Assembly (NCBI GenBank): GCA_046758505.1
Contig: JBHIAH010000055.1
Location: 1 to 17,804 of the forward strand
DNA length: 17,804 nt
Direction: 5' to 3'
From: Candidatus Methylomirabilales bacterium
GTDB lineage: Bacteria; Methylomirabilota; Methylomirabilia; Methylomirabilales; CSP1-5
A program made the position numbers and the translations under genes. The notes under the pieces were generated by a model that was given only the letters and a program-made list of their open reading frames with translations, was not told the origin of the DNA and ran no database searches. The stretch's first letter is position 1, and every line of letters starts with the position of its first letter. Below, in pieces: positions 8,028 to 15,151 of the stretch.

Positions 8028-9599
8028 ATGACCGGACCCATCGCCCTCGAGATCCTCGACACCTTACAGCCGGAAGCCGCACGCCAGGTGAGCCGCGCCG
8101 GCCGGAACTTCCCGGGCCTCGTGTACGCCGATCTGCGCCTGGAGGTCACAGAGACACAGCAGGCGACGGCCGAGAACGGACAGAGCAAGGAAGGAAGTCG
8201 GGATGCCACGCTGAGCTTCGGGATTCGCGTGCTGGCCGGCGGCAGGGTCATTGCCCCCGGCTATTACGGCCGGATCCTGGGGGCCAGGGAGCTCACCACG
8301 CTTTCACCGATCCTGCGGGAGGGGCTCTCCCACGCGACCGCACGAGCCAGGGCGAGCGCCGCCCACAAGGCCGCCCTCAAGCGGCACATGCCGGGCCTGG
8401 GCAAGAGCCTGACCACCACCGTCTTGGCCCCCATCCCCATCCGGCACGAGACCGTCACGGCCAGCTTCCAGACCGATCCCCGGTCGGTCCCTCTCTCAGA
8501 AATCATCCGGGACACCACCGAGGTCTCCCGGGCCATCACCGGCCTGGGCCGCGCCATCCGGTACAACCAGGTGACCAGCTTTACCGGGCTCACCCGGCAG
8601 CTCTTTGTCAGCTCCGAGGGGTCCCGCATCGACCAGACCACCGCCCTCACCGAGGGGGGCGTAACCGTGGTGGCCGAGCGGAACGGGGTCGTCCAGGAGA
8701 ACTGGGACGCCATCGGACACCAGCGGGGGTTCGAGGTCCTCCGGCACGGGGTCGCGGACGCGCTGATCCACTTTCCCGACCTCACCACCTTTGCGCTCGA
8801 TCTGGCCCGAGAGACGCTGCGCCTGTGCACGGCGCCGCCGTGTCCGACGCTCGCCGACCCGGTGGTGGTGGTCACCGATCCGCACTTCAATGCACTCCTC
8901 TGTCACGAGATCATCGGTCACCCCACGGAGCTGGACCGGGCCCTCAAAATGGAGACCGCGTATGCGGGCCGTTCCTGGTTACTTCACGACCTCGCGACCC
9001 ACCAGATCGGCCGGCGGATCGCCTCTCCCCTGGTCACCGCCTATTCCGATCCCGAATTGCCAGGCTACGGGCACTACCGGTACGACGACGAGGGAACCCC
9101 CGGCACGCGGGTGATCCACATCGATCACGGGGTGTTTCAGGGATTTGCGAACAGCCGGCAAACGGCGGCCATTCTGGGTGCCGAGCCAAACGGCCACGCC
9201 AAGGCGACCACTGCCTTCCTCGTCCCCCTGATCCGCATGTCCAACACGGTCTTTACCCCCGGCGACCGTCCCCCTCAAGACATCCTGCGAGAGGTCGGCA
9301 CCGGCTACTACGTGGTGGGCCACAAGATCCCCTCCATCGCCGAGTCTCGTGAGAACTTCCGCATCTCGGCCCGCAAGGTCTTTGCGATCCGCCAGGGGGA
9401 GGTCGCCGAACTGTACCGGGACGGCGGCATCATGGCGGACTCGAAAGATTTCCTCATGTCGATCGATGCCGTGGGAACGGACTTCCGCCTCTTTCCCATC
9501 TCCAACTGTGGAAAGGGGCAACCGATGCAGACGAAGCGTGTCGGGAACGGCGGCCCCACCATGCGAGGGCTCGCCCGCCTCACCGGAGGAGGTCGATGA
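8028..9599 (+). CDS. tldD: TldD family metalloprotease (catalytic subunit)
   Basis: YADLR, GIRV, HExxGH motif (CHEIIGHPTELD), YDDEG, LIRMSNT and C-terminal CGKGQP carrying the metal-ligand Cys. Confidence 0.9.
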   Translation: MTGPIALEILDTLQPEAARQVSRAGRNFPGLVYADLRLEVTETQQATAENGQSKEGSRDATLSFGIRVLAGGRVIAPGYYGRILGARELTTLSPILREGLSHATARARASAAHKAALKRHMPGLGKSLTTTVLAPIPIRHETVTASFQTDPRSVPLSEIIRDTTEVSRAITGLGRAIRYNQVTSFTGLTRQLFVSSEGSRIDQTTALTEGGVTVVAERNGVVQENWDAIGHQRGFEVLRHGVADALIHFPDLTTFALDLARETLRLCTAPPCPTLADPVVVVTDPHFNALLCHEIIGHPTELDRALKMETAYAGRSWLLHDLATHQIGRRIASPLVTAYSDPELPGYGHYRYDDEGTPGTRVIHIDHGVFQGFANSRQTAAILGAEPNGHAKATTAFLVPLIRMSNTVFTPGDRPPQDILREVGTGYYVVGHKIPSIAESRENFRISARKVFAIRQGEVAELYRDGGIMADSKDFLMSIDAVGTDFRLFPISNCGKGQPMQTKRVGNGGPTMRGLARLTGGGR

Positions 9600-11176
9600 T
9601 TTCCCGCGCGCGCTTACAGCGGGCGGTCCGAGAGGCGCTGGCCGTCCTGCGGTCCGCCAGAGATGTCCGGGAAGCTGAGGTCTTTGCCGCCTCGAACACA
9701 CACCTCCTCACCCGCCTCCATTACACGTCCCACCTCCCCTGTAACGGGGTCGAAGAGCCCAAGTCCACCTTCGCGTACGGGATCGGCATCCGGGCCGTCT
9801 TTCACACGCCTGGGGGAATCCGCGTCGGATTCGGGAGCGAGCCGAGTGATCTGACGGCCGACGGCGTGCGCCGGGCCCTGGGGAAGGCCCGACAGGCAGC
9901 GGTGCCGGATCCCGAATTTGTCTCGCTCCCCAAGCCGACGGGAGAAGCGCGATCCCTCGCCCGGTACCACGACCCCGCCCTGATGGACCTCCGCGACACC
10001 GATCTGGTCGGGGCCGGGTGGAAGGCTATCCGGGGCGCGCTCCGGACCTTTCGGAACTCCCGCCCCCTCGCCGCCCTCGCCGGGGGACGCGCGAAGATCG
10101 CGTCCCTGGGCCTCATTCTGAGTGGAGATGTCACCATTGCTCAGGAGCGGATCGCCATCGCCTCCACCCGACTCCCCACGGTGCAGGCCGATGAATCCTC
10201 CCTCTGTCTTGCCTTCGTCACCGCCATGGTCGAACGGGTGCAGGCCAAGGGGAGCGGCTGGTCGGTGGGGCGGCGGGTCACTGATCTGACCGAGGATGCG
10301 GGGGTCCAGGCGGCCCGGGCGGCCGCCGCCGCGGTGGGCGGCACACGGGTCCCGTCCGGACGGTATCGGGTGATCCTGGGCCCGCAGGCGGTGACCGACC
10401 TCCTGACCCACCTGATCCTCCCCGGCCTCACCGCCGACACCTTCTACGCCGGCAGCTCCCCTTTTCAGGGACGGATGCACCAGCGGGTGGCGTCACAGGA
10501 AGTCACGCTGTACGATCACGGGGCCGCCCGCGGCCTCGCGGCGAGTAAGGGAATTACGTGCGAAGGGCTGCCGACGGGCCGGACCGACCTCATCCGGGAG
10601 GGGGTCCTGGTCGGCCTCTTGAGCAACGCCTACGAAACGCAGCGGCTTCTCCGGGACCCCCACGGAAAGGAAAAGCTTGGGGTTGAGCCCCGACGCGCCC
10701 GAAAGGGACTGGTCCCCCGGAACGGCTTCCGGTTCGGCGGCGGGGACGGCCGCCACTTCAACCTCCCGCCCGGGATTGCCGCGACGAATGTGGTATTTGA
10801 GGGAAGGGGAGGGTACAGTCCCCGGGACCTTCTCCGGCTGGTGGGGGAGGGCCTCTACATCGGCCGTATCTGGTACACGTATCCCATCAACGGGTTGGCC
10901 GCGGGGGACTTCACCTGTACCGTGGTCGGGGATTCCCATCGCATCACGGAGGGAAGGCTCGCCGGTCCGCTCACGCCCAACACGCTGCGCATCAACGATA
11001 ATATCCTGAAGACCCTGAACACGATTGTCGCTGTCGGGGGAGGACGGACGCCCACGTTCGCCTGGGCGGCCGATGAGATCGTGTACGCCCCCGAGGTCGT
11101 CGTGGATGGCATCAGGATCACTGCAATTGCAGAATTCGCAGATCGCCCCGAACTCCAGCATCCCCCATCTGGATAA
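9596..11176 (+). CDS. pmbA: TldE/PmbA family protein (non-catalytic partner)
   Basis: AEVF, GIGIR, SGRYRVILGPQAV, EGLP, LIREGVL and GDFT, with no HExxxH motif. ATGA overlap with tldD, and a GGAGG RBS inside the tldD 3' end. Confidence 0.82.
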   Translation: MISRARLQRAVREALAVLRSARDVREAEVFAASNTHLLTRLHYTSHLPCNGVEEPKSTFAYGIGIRAVFHTPGGIRVGFGSEPSDLTADGVRRALGKARQAAVPDPEFVSLPKPTGEARSLARYHDPALMDLRDTDLVGAGWKAIRGALRTFRNSRPLAALAGGRAKIASLGLILSGDVTIAQERIAIASTRLPTVQADESSLCLAFVTAMVERVQAKGSGWSVGRRVTDLTEDAGVQAARAAAAAVGGTRVPSGRYRVILGPQAVTDLLTHLILPGLTADTFYAGSSPFQGRMHQRVASQEVTLYDHGAARGLAASKGITCEGLPTGRTDLIREGVLVGLLSNAYETQRLLRDPHGKEKLGVEPRRARKGLVPRNGFRFGGGDGRHFNLPPGIAATNVVFEGRGGYSPRDLLRLVGEGLYIGRIWYTYPINGLAAGDFTCTVVGDSHRITEGRLAGPLTPNTLRINDNILKTLNTIVAVGGGRTPTFAWAADEIVYAPEVVVDGIRITAIAEFADRPELQHPPSG

Positions 11177-11213
11177 TCGCACCGCCGGGGCGGCCGGGGC
11201 GCCGGGCCCGGAC

Positions 11214-11248
11214 AAAGCAAAAGGGCCCCGAAATGCTCGAGGCCCTTT
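11214..11248 (-). terminator. Intrinsic terminator of the cold-shock gene (between convergent pmbA and csp)
   Basis: Minus strand reads AAAGGGCCTCG-AGCATTT-CGGGGCCCTTTTGCTTT. The stem is fully paired (one G-U) only on the minus strand. Confidence 0.75.
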
Positions 11249-11272
11249 CTGCCTACAGCTGGATTCGCCCGA

Positions 11273-11476
11273 CTACAGTTTCACCACGTTGGCCGCCTGC
11301 TTCCCCTTCGGCCCTTCCACGACATCGAACTCAACCGACTGCCCCTCGGTCAGCGTCTTGAATCCGTCGCCCTGGATTGCCGAATGGTGGACAAACACGT
11401 CAGGACCATCCGGTCGCTCGATGAATCCGTAGCCCTTCGCGTCGTTGAACCACTTCACCGTACCGGTGCTTCGCAC
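11273..11476 (-). CDS. csp: Cold-shock protein (CspA family), 67 aa
   Basis: [16 protein letters not shown] (RNP1), DVFVHHSAI (RNP2) and [13 protein letters not shown] start at 11476 behind a GGGGGAG/AAGGA RBS. Confidence 0.96.
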   Translation of the reverse strand: MRSTGTVKWFNDAKGYGFIERPDGPDVFVHHSAIQGDGFKTLTEGQSVEFDVVEGPKGKQAANVVKL

Positions 11477-11559
11477 GTTCCTTGCTCCCCCCTTTCTGTG
11501 CGGCATCCCCGGGGACATCCCAGGGGTCAGGTCCCGTCGCCCGGGGACCTCACACCACG

Positions 11560-11598
11560 AAAAAACCGCACGGACCTTTCATGAAGCCCGTGCGGTTT
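11560..11598 (-). terminator. Terminator-like hairpin within the csp 5' leader (putative attenuator)
   Basis: Minus strand reads AAACCGCACGG-GCTTCATGAAAGGT-CCGTGCGGTTTTTT, located between the promoter and the csp start. Confidence 0.65.
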
Positions 11599-11635
11599 CC
11601 CGTTCCACAACAAGCCGATCACGAAATGCACCTTG

Positions 11636-11664
11636 ACCGTAATGCTCTCCTCTTTGCTTGTCAA
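11636..11664 (-). promoter_or_regulatory. sigma70-type promoter for csp (implies a 5' UTR of about 150 nt)
   Basis: TTGACA (11664-11659), 17 nt, then TACGGT (11641-11636). Confidence 0.6.
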
Positions 11665-11704
11665 GACCTATTTTTCTGTGGTACACGTGGCCCGGGGAAC
11701 AATC

Positions 11705-12817
11705 ATGCGCACCGAAAAGTCAGCAACCCTCTTTACCCGAGGAGAAAAGCAGCGCGCGGCCGGCATGTTCGGCCAGGCCCTCGCCTCTTACCGGGAGGCG
11801 GCCACGCTCTCCCGGCGGTCCGGCGACCAGCAGGCACGCTTTCAGTGCCTGCTCGCCCAAGGGCACTGTCTCAGGCTCCAGGGGAATTTTAGCCTCGCGC
11901 AGGTCACCTATCAGAAGGCCCTGGCACTTGCCGCCACCCTCCGGACTCCGGCCGATCGGGCCGATGCCGAGGTCGGGCTCGGAATGAGTCTCCGGGCTCT
12001 CGGAGAGCACCAAAGGGCCTTGCGCCTTTTCACCCGCGCCGGCCGGACCTACCGCCGGGCCGGGGATCTCCCCGGTGAGGCATACGTCCTGTGGGGCACT
12101 GCAGGCGCCCTGCGCATCCGGGGGAGCCTGAACGAAGCACTCGACACGTTTCAGCAGGCACAGGCCCTCTTCAAGCGGCAGGGAGACCGGTCCGGCGTGG
12201 GATACTGCCTTTGCGGAATGGGGGGTGTGAGTCGCCTCAAAGGAAAATATGACGATTCCCTCGCCTTCTACACCAAGGCGCACGATCACCTGCGCCACCT
12301 GCGGGATACCTTTGGCACAGCCTACGCGGCGTGCGGCATCGCGAACGCCAACCGGATGCTCGGGCGGACGGACACCGCCCTCCGCCACTTCGCCCGGGCC
12401 CGGCGCCTTTACACGCGTCTCCGGGACCGGGTGAGCTACGCCTATACCGTCTGGGGGGAGGGAACCCTCTACAAGGTTCGAGGACACCTCCGGCGCGCCG
12501 AAAACGCCTTTGCCGAGGCCGAGGCGATCTTTACCCACACCCGGGACCGCCGGGGTCGCATTTACACCCGCCTGGGGATCGGGGAACTCCTGATCCTCCG
12601 GGGAAAGGGACCGCAGGCCAAGCCACTCCTGGAAAGGGCCCTGGCCGAGGCTCGGCAGCACAACTTCCGCTTCGAGGCACTCCACAGTCACCTTCTCCTC
12701 ACCGAGCTTCGTCGCCGGGAGGGGAGACGAGTGTCCTTCGCGCGCGTGAGACGTCAGTACCAGGCCCTGGGCTCCACCTTCCTCGACGAGGTGCACCTCC
12801 CCCTCAATCTCCCTTAA
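11705..12817 (+). CDS. Tetratricopeptide-repeat protein (about 8 repeats of roughly 40 aa)
   Basis: Periodic G....G....A...F..A...Y...GD..G.AY pattern. The start is moved to ATG 11705 (GGGGA RBS) because 11633-11704 overlaps the csp promoter. Confidence 0.85.
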   Translation: MRTEKSATLFTRGEKQRAAGMFGQALASYREAATLSRRSGDQQARFQCLLAQGHCLRLQGNFSLAQVTYQKALALAATLRTPADRADAEVGLGMSLRALGEHQRALRLFTRAGRTYRRAGDLPGEAYVLWGTAGALRIRGSLNEALDTFQQAQALFKRQGDRSGVGYCLCGMGGVSRLKGKYDDSLAFYTKAHDHLRHLRDTFGTAYAACGIANANRMLGRTDTALRHFARARRLYTRLRDRVSYAYTVWGEGTLYKVRGHLRRAENAFAEAEAIFTHTRDRRGRIYTRLGIGELLILRGKGPQAKPLLERALAEARQHNFRFEALHSHLLLTELRRREGRRVSFARVRRQYQALGSTFLDEVHLPLNLP

Positions 12818-12886
12818 CGGGCAGGGAGTGGGCCGGCCTCACCCTCCCGGGGGCCAGGTCATGCCCGTCGGGATCCGAGGCGGGAC

Positions 12887-13477
12887 CTAGGCGAGCCGGG
12901 CGACGGCCGCCTGGTAGACCGCCGGAGGGGCGGCTCCCTCAATCCGCGCCTCACCGACGACGATGGTCGGAACCGCCTCGGTCCCCCACCGGTCTATCGA
13001 ATCCAGGTGCTCCGCGTAGACCGCCTCCCGCAGCGTGGGGTCCTTGAGATCGACCCGAAAGCGATCGAGATCCAGACCAGACCTCTGCGCCACCGTTTCC
13101 AGTACGGCGGGCTCACTGATATCACGGTTGTCGACCAGGAAGGTGTGAAAGAGGGTGAAGTGGAACGTTTCGGAGAGCGCGTCCCCCTGGCGCCTGGCCG
13201 CCTGGGCGGCGAGCAAGGCGGGGACACTTGAGTTGGGATACCGCTCTCCCTCGACCCAGGGGCGGATCCCCAAGGAGGGCTCTGCCGCGGCCGCCCTGAG
13301 CCAGTGGCCACGGCGGTCGCTCGAGAACGTGGGGAAAGCAGCAACGTCAGGCTTGAGGAGATAGCCTACTCGTCGGACAGGAAACCGCCGCGCGGAGCGT
13401 CCCAGGACCGCGTTGAGCCGCACCTCGGCCACCAAGCACCAAGGTCAGAGATAATCAAAGACCACCAGAATCGACAC
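12887..13477 (-). CDS. DsbA/FrnE-like thioredoxin-fold oxidoreductase, predicted selenoprotein (UxxC), 196 aa
   Basis: GTG 13477 with a GAGGA RBS gives MSILVVFDYL-[TGA 13447-13445]-PWCLVAEVRL, matching the family motif FDYxCPWC. The C-terminal cis-Pro motif AVPTIVVG....EGA is present, and a SECIS-like hairpin follows the TGA. Confidence 0.85.
13413..13435 (-). promoter_or_regulatory. Bacterial SECIS element (putative)
   Basis: RNA UUG-GU-GGCCG-AGGUG-CGGCU-CAA, a stem with an unpaired U at position 17 (U of UGA = 1) and a GGU-containing apical loop that starts after a 19-nt spacer from the UGA. Confidence 0.7.
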
Positions 13478-13495
13478 GGGCCATCCTCGCGCCCC

Positions 13496-14263
13496 TCAGC
13501 GGCCCGCGGGCGTGCCAGCAGGGGAGGGGGGAGCACTGGGCCGCCGGTCCCGGCGCACCTCGAGCTCCTGGAGGCGGCGGGTGAGCGCCGCGATGCGCTG
13601 CTCCCGTTCCTTGAGGGCCTCGGTGAGTCCGTGGACTTCCGCGGCCTGCTCCGCCTGCGCAAGCGTCGCCTGCTTGAGCTCTTCTTCACGCTGCCGAAGT
13701 TGGGCCTGGAGCTTCTTCTGCTCGCCGAGCAATCGTTTTCCTGTTTCCTGCCACGTGCGCAGGGCTTCCTGATCCTCCCGGTGGGCTTTCTCCATCCCCT
13801 GAAGCTTCGCCTCCCGCTGCCGTAGCGTCCGCTGGAGATCCGCAACCGCCTTCTCTCGCTCGGCGAGTTGGCTGTCCAGCTTCTCCTTTTCCCCCCGGAG
13901 GGTCTGCAGGTTTTTCTCGAGGTTCCGCGCATCGCCCTCGAGAGCGGCGATGTGCGCCTTCAACGCCTCCCGCTCCTTGCGGGTCTTGGCCAACTCCTTC
14001 TGCAGGCGTTGCACCTTCCCCTTGAGCTTGTCCCGGCCCTTGGCGAGGCGTGCGATGGTCTTTTTGGCCTGCCGGACCTGCTTGGCCCCTTTCGCCTCCT
14101 CCAGCTTGTGGACCTCGGTCGCCCCCTCGAGTTCCGCCGTCAACTGCGTCGTCTGCTCCGTGAGCGCGGCGATCTGCTGTGTCGCCTGATAGTACCGGTA
14201 GCCAAGGACGCCGACCACCCCAGAGGCCACCAGCAGGATCACCCATGTCATGGCATCACGCAT
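13496..14263 (-). CDS. Membrane-anchored long coiled-coil hypothetical protein
   Basis: One N-terminal hydrophobic helix (WVILLVASGVVGVLGY), then about 210 aa of E/K/Q/L/R heptads and a Pro-rich tail. ATG 14263 follows GGAGGT. Confidence 0.75.
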   Translation of the reverse strand: MRDAMTWVILLVASGVVGVLGYRYYQATQQIAALTEQTTQLTAELEGATEVHKLEEAKGAKQVRQAKKTIARLAKGRDKLKGKVQRLQKELAKTRKEREALKAHIAALEGDARNLEKNLQTLRGEKEKLDSQLAEREKAVADLQRTLRQREAKLQGMEKAHREDQEALRTWQETGKRLLGEQKKLQAQLRQREEELKQATLAQAEQAAEVHGLTEALKEREQRIAALTRRLQELEVRRDRRPSAPPSPAGTPAGR

Positions 14264-14280
14264 CGCCACCTCCCGACTGC

Positions 14281-14309
14281 ATCTTACGCACCGCGCCTCG
14301 GTCGGGCAA
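14281..14309 (-). promoter_or_regulatory. Possible sigma70 promoter for the coiled-coil/DsbA pair
   Basis: TTGCCC (14309-14304), 17 nt, then TAAGAT (14286-14281), just upstream of the RBS. Confidence 0.45.
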
Positions 14310-14422
14310 GTGCTTTCTCACGGCGCACGAGGAACATCAATATACACAGAGGACGACGCCCGCCTCAATAAGAGTCGGGCTGTGGAGGGCAGGGGGGTGG
14401 GGTGGGCAGCGAATGCCGCGCT

Positions 14423-15133
14423 TCAGCAGCGCGTCATCAGCCGGTGGCGGGCCTCGCGAAAGATGGCATGAAACATCGGCCGCGTCAGGCGCCCGGTCAA
14501 CGTGTTCTGTTGACTGGGATGGTACGAGGCGAGGAGCGTGATCCCATTCGCGAGACGGGCGCAGGCCCCATGGGCGAAGGTGGGTCGGGGCCGCGGCAGA
14601 GTAACCCCCGCATCCTGACAGGCCCGCAAGAAGGTGTCAAAGGCGATCCGTCCGAGGGTGACGACCACGCGAACCTCATGCAAGAGCGCCAGCTCGCGCC
14701 CGAGATAGGGCCGGCAGTTTTGGAGCTCCTGGCGCGTGGGACGATTGTGCGGCGGGGCACACCGCAGCGCCGCGGTGATATAGCAGTTCGTCAGCTTCAG
14801 GCCATCCCCCCGGGCGACCGAGGTCGGCTGGTTGGCAAACCCGAAGGTAAAGAGGGCACGGGCGAGCCAGTCACCGCTTCGATCCCCCGTAAAGATCCGC
14901 CCCGTCCTGTTCCCCCCATGGGCGGCGGGGGCCAGACCGAGAATCAGCAACTGGCCCCGGGGATCGCCGAACCCGGGAATCGGTCTCCCCCAGTACTCCC
15001 AGTCCCGGTACCGGCGGACCTTCACCACCGCCACGCGTTCCCGGTACCTGGTCAGCCGGGGACACCTCCGACAGCGAATCACCTCACCCTGGACGTACGC
15101 CAGGGCCCGCCGATCGCGCACCTGCGGTCGCAT
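14423..15133 (-). CDS. udgB: Uracil-DNA glycosylase family 5 (UdgB-like, Fe-S cluster)
   Basis: CRRCPRL, YWGRPIPGFGD, GLAPAAHGGNRTGRIFTGDRSG (family-5 motif A), RCAPP.NRP....C and YHPSQQNT (motif B). Confidence 0.9.
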   Translation of the reverse strand: MRPQVRDRRALAYVQGEVIRCRRCPRLTRYRERVAVVKVRRYRDWEYWGRPIPGFGDPRGQLLILGLAPAAHGGNRTGRIFTGDRSGDWLARALFTFGFANQPTSVARGDGLKLTNCYITAALRCAPPHNRPTRQELQNCRPYLGRELALLHEVRVVVTLGRIAFDTFLRACQDAGVTLPRPRPTFAHGACARLANGITLLASYHPSQQNTLTGRLTRPMFHAIFREARHRLMTRC

Positions 15134-15151
15134 CCTCCTTCCAGGCCGAGG

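Noticed and set aside
12817..12868. Nested inverted repeats (ACGGGCA/TGCCCGT, GGGAG/CTCCC) between the convergent TPR and DsbA genes
   Set aside because: There is no U-tract on either strand, and short GC-rich stems are expected by chance, so it is not called a terminator or ncRNA.
12887..13477. DsbA-like gene as a nonsense pseudogene
   Set aside because: The only lesion is a TGA exactly at the redox Cys, followed by a SECIS-like hairpin, so Sec recoding is more parsimonious. It is not proven without sel genes.
13478..13498. The coiled-coil gene TGA stop is in frame with the DsbA-like gene, allowing a possible read-through fusion
   Set aside because: There is a one-in-three chance of being in frame. 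No correctly spaced SECIS follows this TGA, the context is not Cys-like, and the downstream gene has its own RBS.
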